Shown here: positions 13,701 through 24,759 of the stretch, piece by piece
How the letters are laid out: every line of letters begins with the position of its first letter
Position numbering within the stretch: the stretch's first letter is position 1
Assembly: GCF_036971445.1 (NCBI RefSeq)
Contig: NC_091476.1
Coordinates: forward strand, 165,974,001 to 166,038,000
Source of the DNA: Narcine bancroftii
Taxonomy: Eukaryota
DNA: 64,000 nucleotides
Direction: 5' to 3'
Notes under the pieces: model-generated
Seen by the model: the letters and a program-made list of their open reading frames with translations, nothing else
What the model was told of the DNA's origin: nothing
Database searches by the model: none
Program-made: the position numbers and the translations under genes

Positions 13701-13930
13701 ATTTTGGAAGGAATAACCAAGAAAGGACATGCATGGTAAATGGTAGGGCACTGATGAGTGCAGTAGAACAAGGGAATCTGGGAATAAAGATATAGAATTC
13801 TCTAAACGTTGCATCACAGGTGGATAGGGTTGTAAAAAGAGTGTTTGGCATATTGCCCTTCATAAATCAAGAAATTGAATATAGGATTGGGATGTTATGA
13901 TAAAGTTTTATAAAGACATTGGTGGAGGAG
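10740..13930 (+). mobile_element. CR1 LINE (ORF1 esterase relic plus deleted ORF2), interrupted by an RTE
   Basis: ORF1 VPLNNK and VVIRDSIVRGTDKRFCG; ORF2 KSPGPDEIFP, PEDWRVA, DVVYMDFSKAFDK, SGVPQG, SKFADN. Confidence 0.88.
12522..13271 (+). mobile_element. Young 5'-truncated RTE-clade LINE (AviRTE-like)
   Basis: Uninterrupted ORF end QLRWMGHVSRMEDHRLPK...CNRCNRVCLSRIGLVSHKRAC. 3' end tcttcgtccgcgaagccaagcca. 10-bp TSD accaggaaag (12512-12521 / 13272-13281). Confidence 0.92.
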
Positions 13931-13957
13931 GCAATAATTGGACGGCTAGGAGGACAG

Positions 13958-13962
<5 letters not shown>

Positions 13963-14047
<85 letters not shown>
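13963..14047. repeat. (GA)n microsatellite
   Basis: About 42 uninterrupted GA units. Confidence 0.98.
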
Positions 14048-14049
<2 letters not shown>

Positions 14050-14250
14050 ACGAATGAACGAACCAACTAATGGAAACCAGAAGTCAATGTTAATGCCATC
14101 TGGTTGAAGGGTGTCCAGACAGAAAGAAGCAGGTGGTCTCATTCTGGCACTACATGTGACCATGGACATAGATGTTGGCGTGGGAATGGGGCAGGGAATT
14201 AAAATGGTTCACCATTGGGAGATTCCTGCTATTAAAGTGGCCATTAATCA
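14050..14250 (-). mobile_element. Penelope-like 3' fragment
   Basis: FCLDTLQPDGINIDF motif. Confidence 0.65.
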
Positions 14251-14865
14251 GATGTTTTTGACACAGTTTATAAAATAGCAGCAAACAAAATAACTTGGTA
14301 ATGAAACCAAAAATAAACATGAAACATTGAAAATGGAGCATCATGACATTTTCAAGCAGCCTTCTTAAATAAAGAGTAAAACTTGCATCATCTAGAATCA
14401 CACCTACAATAGACAATCACAACTGGAAACTCTGAGTGCCCTGTTCACTTCAGAAAACTTGATGTCAAACTAATGGTGATAACATAAAAATAACTGGTGA
14501 CACCAGCACCAGTGCTGTTAGATACAGACCAGTTTTCCTCCTCATGCAGTTTCACTTCTATTATTTAGTAGCCTATGTACACTCTCATACCAGTTCACCA
14601 AAGATCTATCTGCACAGCTGACTCAACACATTTTTGCACAACAAATAACTGGTTATTTATTATTTTTTTCTTCCTTTAAAACTATCTTTATTATTTAGTG
14701 TTGTAAGCCATCATATGTTATGCACCTGGGGAAACAGCAGCACACAAGACTTGCATCACATCCGTACATTGTACTGATGTACAGGACAAAAAAAAACTTC
14801 ATTCATTCACAGTCAAACGAGTTATGGACTCACACAGTCCATCTGTAATTACCAGAGAGGTTATA

Positions 14866-15255
14866 TCATGTTCTATGGCGAGCTCTCCACTGGCCACCGT
14901 GACAGAGGTGCACCAAAGAAAAGGTACAAGGACTGCCTAAAGAAATCTCTTGGTACCTGCCACATTGACCACCGCCAGTGGGCTGATAATGCCTCAAACC
15001 GTGCATCTTGGCGCCTCACAGTTTGGCGGGCAGCAACCTCCTTTGAAGAAGACCGCAGAGCCCACCTCACTGACAAAAGGCAAAGGAGGAAAAACCCAAC
15101 ACCCAACCCCAACCAACCAATTTTCCCCTGCAACCGCTGCAATCGTGTCTGCCTGTCCCGCATCGGACTTGTCAGCCACAAACGAGCCTGCATCTGACGT
15201 GGACTTTTTACCCCCTCCATAAATCTTCGTCCGCGAAGCCAAGCCAAAGAGAAGA
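14866..15255 (+). mobile_element. Second copy of the same RTE LINE, more strongly 5'-truncated
   Basis: Near-identical to 12880-13265. Confidence 0.92.
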
Positions 15256-16379
15256 ATATATACAGATCCAGACACACTCCCTTATTACATTGGGCTTGAA
15301 TTTCTGATGTCCTGTCATAATTGTTAGCTTTTCTTTTGGAAAGCTCAGTGCAGCTCCATAGGTGTCCACTTGAGCCCATTTGCCCATGTTCCTACCAGCT
15401 CCTTTTTGACCTAGTGAGGCGAAGCGAATGACACTGACCTCCCCACAGGGCACTGTATTTCTGTGGAGCCTTCTGTTTGTTGCATTGTCAGATGAACCCC
15501 CCCACCCCCTCCAAAGACATTAGTCCAAGCAGAATCAATCTGAATCAGCCCATATGGTCTGCGGGGATGGCCAGGCGAAACGACCAGTCAATAATACCAC
15601 TGATCAGACCCCACACTGTTAGTGAGAGACAGTTATCAGAATCCCCAATGCAGTAGTGAGGTTTGGTACTAACCCCGAGAAATCCTGGCGAAGAATGATA
15701 AGACAAACCGATGGGGTGGGATCTATGGTTTAAATCCTGCAATGAGACTTCAATGGGGAGATTCAATGGGGAGCACTTTCATGTCAACTGAATGGAGGTC
15801 TTCCACAGTCCTCCAAACCATCATTCTCTATGCTCTTAACCTTCTCACCCCAGCATTCCTGACCACAAATGCCCCCCCACCTATATTACTCCTCCAAGTC
15901 ATCATGTCTGGACCTTGCTGCCCCAAAACCTCCAGTTGCCTCAACCCCAAGCCTTCCTCTTCCCACTTTCTTGACTTTGTTGTACCAGTCCCTTCAACCC
16001 ACTTCTTCAGTTTCCACAATTGAAAACAGTGGAATATTTGGGTGATGCTAGAAAGGCTGAGATCACACTTGTAAAACCAGCATATTTCAGTGAGATGGAT
16101 CTGCCAAGTTTTGGTTGTATGCCAGTCAATGAAAGACCATTGTTTGTTCACTAACTTGACAGGCTTCATTAGCATTCACATATCTTTTTTTTAATTACAC
16201 ATAAATGAATCAAATTTAAATCAAAGGATGGAATATGAAAAGAATGGCAAATGTGAGCTAAAAATAAATCACAGGGGTGCTGTGCTGATGTTGCACAAGT
16301 GAACTATTGGTTTGATCACTGTGAGGCTACTTTTATGGAACAACAATTAAATAACAAACAAATAAGTCTTTGAGCATAG

Positions 16380-16710
16380 AAATGGCACACTGTTGCAGCA
16401 AGTTGAATTGCTCCAGCAACCTGGGTTAGGACTTGAACCTTGGGTACTGTCGATCTGCAGCTTCCACACAAATTGCATGTTAATCCTGCAACCAGAGGTG
16501 TTTTTCTCGATCGCTCTCGTTTCCTCCCACATCCCAAAGACACACTGGCTACTCTAAATTGGCCCCAGTGTAAGTAGGCAGTGGGAGAATTGGGGGGAAA
16601 TGATGGCCATGTGAGATTATGGGAGAATGTAATTATTCGGAGAGCTCTGTGAACTGGCATGGAGTAGACGGGCTAAATGACCACATTCTATGACAAAAGA
16701 AAAAATAAAA
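16380..16710 (+). mobile_element. Degenerate V-SINE
   Basis: V-domain-like ggtgtttttctcgatcgctctcgtttcctcccacatcccaaaga. Confidence 0.6.
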
Positions 16711-16739
16711 ATTGAAGGAATGTGCAACTTCTAGAGCTA

Positions 16740-16952
<213 letters not shown>

Positions 16953-17009
16953 TCAAGGCTCATAGACAAGGTACAGAAAGTGAAAAATACCACTCATTCT
17001 CTTTTTACA

Positions 17010-17226
17010 GGGACACAGCATCATAACAGCTTCTTCTGGCCCATGAGCCTGTGGCAGCCAAATACACCAATTAACTACAAACACTGCTCATTTTATTTTG
17101 AAGGATGGGAGGAAACCCATGCAGTCATGAGGAGAATGTACAAACTCCTGACAGAGTGCGCCGGATTCGATCCAGGGTTGTCGGCACTGTAGTAACACTG
17201 TGTTAAGTGTTATGTTATTCGTGCCA
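17010..17226 (-). mobile_element. V-SINE copy
   Basis: Reverse complement of the 49111-49365 family. Confidence 0.65.
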
Positions 17227-18094
17227 CTCTTATTTTCTTTATGAATTCCAGTCCAATTTTATTCAGCAGATATCTGTGCTTTCAGTTGATCAGGTGACTC
17301 CTCCTCCCCCCCTTTCTCCATCATCAGCCTAGTGATTAGGGGGTTTATAATACAACCTGCTTCTTGCAGGAATGATAGACCATTCACTGCACCTTTCCTT
17401 TGGAGAGCTGTTCTCAGAGATGTTCCTTTGAAATACGGATTGGGATAATAGGAACCAATGGACCAATGAAGGGTGACTGTGAAAGGGGCCATTTTAAAGC
17501 AGTGGAGACCGACTGAAGAGATCGGGAATTTCTGTGCTGGTTTACTGTGTGAAACCTAGATTGTCTACCAGACTAGTGAGTTGTTCACAATCCAAATTAA
17601 CTCGACTGTACAATCCATGTAACTTTTTGCCACTGATGTATGATGCTCATGTGGAGATTGGTATAAATCCCCAAAGTTACTTACCAGGTTAATTATCAAT
17701 TATACTTGGGCCAAAAGTCCACAAAGTCTCAAGCTTTGGACATGTTGGAAGTAAATAAATAAAGGGACATTTTTGATACATTTTTACAAGTGTATTTGAT
17801 GATTTCAAGGTTGAATCATTTCAAAACTTTCATTGATAAATTGTGCAATGACCCCTTTAATGCCATTCCCTGGGGCAAAAATTTCTTGGAGATTAAACAC
17901 ATCAAAAGGAGATGCATTTTCACAACTCTGTGAATGTGTGCTTTTTCAAATGTTTTCATTATTTTACTGGAAACACAACTGCCAATTTATAACAAAACTT
18001 CATCTTTAACAGCAGTAGATATTGTTTGAATGCTTTTTGATTGACATACTAATTGAGAGATGAATGCTAGCCAGTAAAGGCTTGAACCAAATCT

Positions 18095-18270
18095 TGAAAT
18101 TTAAGTTAAATTTAGACATACTGCGTGGTAACAGGTCCGTTCGGTCCTCAAGCTCGTGCTGCCCAATTACACCCAATTGACCTACACCCTGGGTATCTTT
18201 TGAATAGTGAGAGAAGAACGAAACAGCTGGAGGAAATTCACACAGACATGGGGACAAACTCGTTACAGAC
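18095..18270 (-). mobile_element. V-SINE copy
   Basis: Contains tttagacata...cccaattacacccaattgacctac. Confidence 0.7.
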
Positions 18271-18360
18271 TATGACGCTAACTGTTAGTTTATCTCTGAC
18301 AAGTGGAGATGATTAGCAACTGACTTCAAAAATTGTAACAAAAACATTAGCATAACTTAC

Positions 18361-18441
18361 CAATCTCAAACTCTTCATCTTCAGAGAAAATCTCTGCATT
18401 TGCCACAGAGACAGGGGGACGGCATTTTCTCAGCTGAAAGG
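18361..18441 (-). CDS. CSMD2: CSMD2-like exon (Sushi, N-terminal part): AFQLRKCRPPVSVANAEIFSEDEEFEI
   Basis: 81 nt; gtttccag acceptor, gtaagt donor. Translated by hand. Confidence 0.9.
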
Positions 18442-18649
18442 CTGGAAACCAATAAAAATAACTGTTTTGAACATCAGAGCATCACATGAACTACAATTAA
18501 AAAATCTGTTCCTAAACTGAAATGAGCATTCTTTTAATCCATTCGGTAACTACCAAGATAATTTGGAGAGAGTATTTTGAACACTTACATACCAAACCCT
18601 GCAAAGGATTGGCCAAAAATAAGATTTTTGACAGAAATAATTTAATATA

Positions 18650-20010
18650 TTACCATTCAGCATGCTTCCCAGATCCACTGTTGCCATTGACTTGCAAATC
18701 TATCATAACCATGCCCCCTCCCACTCTACTTCTTTTCAGGATACCATTCCTTTTCCTCAATTACCATTATATCTGTTCTGATAATGAGATTTCATATGCA
18801 TGGGCTTCCCTTGTCTTTTACAGTGGTTTACACTCAACAATATCACCCCGTCTACATATACTTTTCTCTCGCCCAAATTCCTCACAGCCAAAATAAGGAT
18901 GGACACCATCCTCTACATTATACTGATCATCTCAATAATTTCCACCACTTTCAATGAGATTCCTTCATCAGATACATCTTACCCTCCTTTCTCTTGTCTC
19001 TGACTTCTTCCTTCATGTTTTTACTTCCAGCAACTACTCCCTTTCTTGCTGATCCAGGGATCCAAAGAGTACTTCCAGGTGAAGCGACAATTCATAGAAC
19101 ACTACAGCTCAGAAACAGGTCCTTTGGCCCTTCTAGTCTGTGTCAAATTCTTATTCTGCCTAGTACCATTGACTTGCACCTGGTCCATATTCCTCCATAA
19201 CCCTCCCTTCCATGTACCTGTCCAAATCTTTCTTAAATGCCAAAATTGAGCCTGAATTTACCAATTCAGCTGGCAGCACATTCCATACTCCCACCACTCT
19301 CCATGAAGTTCCTCTTAATGTTCCCTTTAAACTTTTCCCCTTTCACCCTTAACCCACACCCTCTAGCATTTCTCTTAACTTTCTGCTTTTTTTTACACTC
19401 ACAATGTCAGCGCCTCTACACTGGAACAATGAAGTTCACTTTGGGCGTCAGACTGCAAAACACCTCCCCTCAATCTGCAAGGACAACTGTGTGCTTCCAA
19501 TTTCCTTTCACTTCTTTTAATTCTCCATGCAATGGCTCCTCTGACTCCTTGTCTTTGGCCTCTGATGTTGTTCCAATTATGTTAAATGCAAGCTTGGAAA
19601 ACAGCACCTCATCTTTCATCCAGGCATATTACAGCCTTCAGGTCTCAATATTCAATTTAACAGTTCTAGTTAAACACTCTTGTTTTTCTCTTTCCACACA
19701 TATCCATGCTGTTTCAATATATTTCTTCTCTTCTTTTTGTCCCTGATTAATTTTTTTTAAGTAATTATTAAATTGACCACTTGAGAGATGTTCCCTCTCT
19801 TGTCTCTATTCCTTCCCTGAAAAAAACGCTTTCTCACTTCTATGTTTTGATGGAAGATCCTTGAATTCAAATACTGGTTCTCTTTCATGAATGCTGCAGA
19901 CCGATTACTCTTTGTTATATAAAGTATACTGTTTGACCTGATAAGTTTCTCCAGCATTGTTTTTACTTCAACCACGGTGTCTGCAGACTTCCATGTTTTA
20001 TTTCTTTCTC
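18650..20010 (+). mobile_element. Degenerate Penelope-like element, with a minus-strand CR1 3' end (about 19093-19365) inserted
   Basis: IQGSKEYFQVKRQF upstream of the GIY-YIG region; LENSTSSFI region; terminal-repeat motif ttctccagcattgtttttacttcaaccacggtgtctgcagac. Confidence 0.55.
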
Positions 20011-20380
20011 CCAAAATTTTCCATTTCTACTTCTGTTTCTTCTCCTCGTCATCGCAAGACACAGAAGCACAAGTACCATATGGCATTCCATAAACTGTGC
20101 CTTCATTCAATAAGATCATGACTGAATTTTCAGCTCAACAGCTTTTCCAAACTAGTCTGTATGATAATTTTAACACTTAAAAATCAATCTCAGTGAGTTA
20201 TTATGTGAGTAAATTAGAACTACATTTCCTAGCTTACAATGCACACAGTTGCACGGAAACAGGAAGTTACATATAATGGGGGTTGTTTTTGGAAGTTGGG
20301 TGAAGCATCTCAAGGAAAATAAAGTTGCTTAAGTGTTAAATCCACGTAAAACCGTTCTTCTTGAAAGAACGAGCATAACG

Positions 20381-20394
20381 TGGTGTCAGAAGTG
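20381..20394 (+). promoter_or_regulatory. Primer-binding site (tRNA-Leu type) TGGTGTCAGAAGTG
   Basis: Directly follows the LTR end and precedes gag; a common Gypsy PBS. Confidence 0.8.
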
Positions 20395-20670
20395 TCTGAG
20401 GAATATTTTGTTTTAAAGTAAAAACATCACATTTGAGGGATTCAAGTTTTTCTCCTGTGACCAGAAACAAGGTTTGAGCTTTGACTAATACTTAGCTGAG
20501 GTTCACACACTGAGAATTTGGAGATTTAAAAAATTCACTCGTTAAAGGCAGAATAGTTTTCAGAATCCCAGATAATGGACTTAGAGAAAGACTGTGAGGT
20601 GAAAAAAAATTGACTCTAAAAAAGGCTGCGAGTGTGTGTGGTGGGGGGCAGCGGAGACCACACAAGAACA

Positions 20671-21226
20671 AGCCAAGGAGCTGCACGAGATCGATGCAAC
20701 AGCCAAGGAGCTGCACGAGATCGATGCAACAGCCAAGGAGCTGCACGAGATCGATGCAACAGCCAAGGAGCTGCACGAGATCGATGCAACAGCCAAGGAG
20801 CTGCACGAGATCGATGCAACAGCCAAGGAGCTGCACGAGATCGATGCAACAGCCAAGGAGCTGCACGAGATCGATGCAACAGCCAAGGAGCTGCACGAGA
20901 TCGATGCAACAGCCAAGGAGCTGCACGAGATCGATGCAACAGCCAAGGAGCTGCACGAGATCGATGCAACAGCCAAGGAGCTGCACGAGATCGATGCAAC
21001 AGCCAAGGAGCTGCACGAGATCGATGCAACAGCCAAGGAGCTGCACGAGATCGATGCAACAGCCAAGGAGCTGCACGAGATCGATGCAACAGCCAAGGAG
21101 CTGCACGAGATCGATGCAACAGCCAAGGAGCTGCACGAGATCGATGCAACAGCCAAGGAGCTGCACGAGATCGATGCAACAGCCAAGGAGCTGCACGAGA
21201 TCGATGCAACAGCCAAGGAGCTGCAC
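20671..21226. repeat. Minisatellite: 18 perfect copies plus a partial copy of agccaaggagctgcacgagatcgatgcaac (30 bp)
   Basis: Counted directly; a degenerate unit follows at about 21237-21268. Confidence 0.98.
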
Positions 21227-21693
21227 AAGAGACACCACAGCTATGGAGCTGCACAAGAGAAACAACAGTGCATGCAATGACAACAGATAAGCAGAGCACC
21301 AGAAATTTCCCAAAGAAATAAGCTCAAACTGCAAATGCAGCAGGTGCGTGGGTAGACGTATTCCAAAGATGTGACCTGCCTATGGAAAGTCCTGCTCTAA
21401 ATGTGGGAAGAAGAATCATTTTGCAAAGTCATGCAAAGCAGGGGATACCAAGAGAAAAGTGGACAAAGAAATGGAGGAATTCTTCAAGGATTCACTAAAG
21501 ACTGCAAAATGACGGTGAATGAATGAGTAATTCCATTTAAGCTCGAGATTGGAACCCAGGTGAATCTAATGTCACAACAACTGAATGTAGAGAGGAGAGT
21601 ACAGTCAATATTAGGTCTGGGTGCATGTGAAGAGCTTGACCTGGTGAAAAGAGTTTTTGTAGTGGCTTCACCAAATATAAGCTCACAACACTC

Positions 21694-22181
21694 ATGGAAG
21701 AAAGGATAACTACAATGGATAAGCGATACCTTAATGTACTGTGAGAATCAACCTCATTACATGATATGAACGACAAAGTGGAAAATGAGTTGGCTAATAA
21801 GGATGCCTTCTTACGCCAGCAACAAAATAAACTTGCTGAACAGAAGCTGCCGCAGACAATGAAGTGAGCAGAAATGTTTCCAGAAGAAGAACCTGAAATT
21901 GCCCAGCGAATTGCAGCTCTGACAAAGGCTGAAGAACGGCGTATTGAAACAATTAGAGACACAGCTTGAAAAACAGAATCAGGAACTACAAAGGGCCTGA
22001 CAGAGAGAAAATTAATGAATAGCACAATAGGCAACTGTCAGACATGATGGACAGATGGTTGACAAGGTCTGATGAGCAACTTCAGCTGCATCTAAAAGAA
22101 AGAATGGCTGCATTAGAGGATAAGAATAGATCAATACGAGAATTTGAACTATTGGGAGAACAACTTGATGAGTGTCTTCAT
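21694..22181 (+). pseudogene. PPFIA2: Processed fragment of liprin-alpha (PPFIA2-like) coiled-coil region
   Basis: [41 protein letters not shown]...LAEQKL...AQRIAALTKAEER...NQELQRA*QRE...LQLHLKERMAALEDKN. No introns; TGA stops at likely CGA sites, plus frameshifts. Confidence 0.88.
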
Positions 22182-23019
22182 AGTGGAGTGTTGGAAGATG
22201 CAGGCCATCTTCTTTCGACTACTGAGTTTAAAGGAGCCACTACACTGTCGGAGGAGGAGCTCTTAGCTATCGTCACCCACTGCAACATCTGTGGCCTAGA
22301 TTGTGAAGCTTGGAATAAAGCTCACGAGAGTTGTCTAATGTTGAAGCCCAGGATCAATTGCTATTGGCAAAACAGGAAGATATGAGTGGAGAGAGTGCAG
22401 AGAAGGTTTACCAGAATGTTACCTGGGTTTAAGCATCTAGAGTATAGGGAGAGATTGGACAGATTAGGTCTTTATTCTTTGGAGCGTAGAAGGTTGAGAG
22501 GGGATTTGATAGAAGTATTTAAGATTATGAAAGGGATAGACAGAGTGGATGTGGATAGACTATTTCTGTTAAGAGGAGGAAAGATTAAAACAAGAGGACA
22601 TGAGTTAAGAATTAAGGGGCAGAGGTTTAGAGTTAACATGAGGGGGAACTTCTTTACTCAGAGAGTGGTAGACGTGTGGAATGAGCTTCCGGGAGAAATA
22701 GTGGCGGCGGAGTCAATTGTATTATTTAAGAAAAGGTTGGACAGGTATATGGATGAGAAGAAGATGGAGGGTTATGGGCATTGTGCAGGGAGGTGGGACT
22801 AGAGAGGGGTGTTTGGTTCGGTGCGGACTAGAAGGGCCTAATGGCCTGTTTCCGTGCTGTAAATTGTTATGTTTTTTTTTGAATGAATATTTGGACGAGA
22901 TTGTGAAAGAAGTGGAGACGAAAGCTTCTTTTCTGAAGGGCCAGTGTGAAAAATATGAATGTGTGAAAAAATCTGTGAGAAATCTCTCAGCTAAATTAGA
23001 AGATGCCATGAAGGAAATT
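22182..23019 (+). pseudogene. TPR: Processed fragment of nucleoprotein TPR coiled-coil (22182-22385 and 22881-23019), split by CR1
   Basis: LEDAGHLLSTTEFKGATTLSEEEL...VEAQDQLLLAKQED // [25 protein letters not shown]...[12 protein letters not shown], compared with TPR [23 protein letters not shown]...VETQDQLLLEK...[17 protein letters not shown]...LSVKLEQAMKEI. Confidence 0.85.
22386..22880 (+). mobile_element. Young 5'-truncated CR1 LINE
   Basis: Intact ORF2 C-terminus ERVQRRFTRMLPG...RRRLRGDLIEVFKI...FFTQRVVDVWNELP, followed by the 3' UTR. Confidence 0.93.
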
Positions 23020-23027
23020 TTCCATTT

Positions 23028-23565
23028 AGATAACCACTTACAGCACAGAACAGGCCAGTTTGGCCCTACTAGTCCATGCCGTAACAAATCCCCACCCTCC
23101 TAGTCCCACTGTCCAGCACCCGGTCCATACCCCTGCAGTCCTCTCCTATCCATGTATCTATCCAGTCTTTCCTTAAATGTAACCAATGATCCCGCCTTGA
23201 CCACGTCTGTTGGAAGCTCATGCCACATCCCTATCACCCTTTGTGTAAAGAAATTTCCCCTCATGTTCCCCTTATAATTTTCCCCCTTCAATCTTAAACC
23301 ATGCCCTCTAGTTTGAATCTCCCCCACTCTTAACTGAAAAAGCCTATCCACGTTTACTCTGTCTGTCCCTTTTAAAATCTTAAACACCTCTATCAAGTCC
23401 CCTCTCAATCTTCTACGCTCCAGAGAAAAAAAGCCCCAGTCTGCACAACCTTTCCCTGTAACTCAGACCTTGAAATCCTGTCAACATTCTCGTGAACCTT
23501 CTCTGCACTCTCTCTATTTTGTTTATATCTTTCCTATAATTTGGTGACAAAAACTGTACACAGTA
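23028..23565 (-). mobile_element. 5'-truncated CR1 LINE
   Basis: IERVQRRFTRML...RGDLIEVFKILKG...FFTQRV. Confidence 0.92.
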
Positions 23566-24759
23566 CAATATGACTTGTATATTTAAGTAGATAAAGGGAA
23601 TTATTGACTTTTTAAAAACCATCACATTGACAAGTTATAACTGACCAGTAATGATCCACAATGTAATCACAATCAGGGCTAATTCTCTTTCCTCAGAGTC
23701 AAGCTCTGTTGGTTGAAAATAAAAGTTTATAAACGATGAAGTAAAACATCCCCAAGGGTTTCCCAGAGGCTGAAAGTAATTATGGCCATCACATCAGGGA
23801 ATTACACTGACTCAAACGGAGAAGAGATTGGTGGAAAGGCAGGGAGATTTAGTGAAGACATTGTAATACTGCATCAATCCCACATTGTAAAATTTATTAT
23901 CATCACCTTGAGCTATTATTGGTCAAATTTAACTGCCAGATGCTTGAAGCCAAATGAGAATCTCTATCAACTTTTTTTCAGATACTCTAAGAATCTGACT
24001 GTTGAAGTCTTTTGATATTTATTGTAGCAAAAAGCTGTTCCTAAACCTGAGGCACCTGGTTCTCAATCTACACCAGACAGGAAGTGGAGCTTCCTGTCTG
24101 GTTCCAATTACTCCTCAGAAATTAGCTTCATGTTTTGAACATTAATATGGATACTTGTACTGTCACTCTATTCGTCGGAATTCGAACGAAACATGGTGAA
24201 GTGATTGCAGGTGATGCCACCGAGGGGGGAAAAGATAAACATGCAGTTTAAAAGAACCACAAGTATTTGTGGGCAAGATCTATTATGGAAGAACCGAGTT
24301 CAACAAGGACTACTTTTGGAAGAAGTTGTTCATGTCAGGCAGAGAGAAATTCCTGAGGAAAATCTATTTCCTGTCTTCCTTGACTCTTCTGAGGGTGGAG
24401 GTGAATTCCCGATGTTCAATCCCAATCCTTGGAGGGTAATCAGTGGGAAATATCGATATCTGTATAATAGTTAAATTTCAGCTCCCACGTTTAGGGCACT
24501 GTAATATAATATTTATTTAGTTACATATAATAGCGTTTAACAAACAATATAGATGATTTTGAATGAGATTCCAGGCCTGATTTGAAAACTGCAGGACATC
24601 AATTATGATGTGCAATAGACAATTCAATTTAGCAAGATAAGAAAGAATATAGGAGTAGAGGTGCTGGAAGTTCAAGATATGATCCATTATTTAAATTATG
24701 TGGCATGCAGCAATTGTGCTTTTTTTTAAATTATGAAGTCACAGATTTAAACAATAAGA

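Larger units (their letters stand above)
20196..21693 (+). mobile_element. Ty3/Gypsy 5' part: short LTR, PBS, gag and protease relic
   Basis: LTR with AATAAA ending ataacg at 20380; PBS at 20381. gag NSLVKGRIVFRIPDNGLRERL...LTLKKAA...AAETTQEQAKEL; knuckle PAYGKSCSKCGKKNHFAKSC; protease PFKLEIGTQVN and ILGLGACEELDLVKRV. The LTR 5' boundary is approximate. Confidence 0.88.

Noticed and set aside
13919-14107. ER-repeat / SL-repeat proteins
   Set aside because: They are translations of the (GA)n microsatellite.
20671-21226. CRISPR-like array of ~30-bp repeats
   Set aside because: The units are head-to-tail with no unique spacers, there are no cas genes, and the context is eukaryotic; it is a minisatellite.
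20492-21334. Six overlapping ORFs of 214-280 aa as real genes
   Set aside because: They are an artefact of a stop-free 30-bp unit; the flanking gag frame is broken.
21694-23019. Functional nested PPFIA2 or TPR gene
   Set aside because: No splice sites, in-frame stops, frameshifts, internal deletions and a CR1 insertion.
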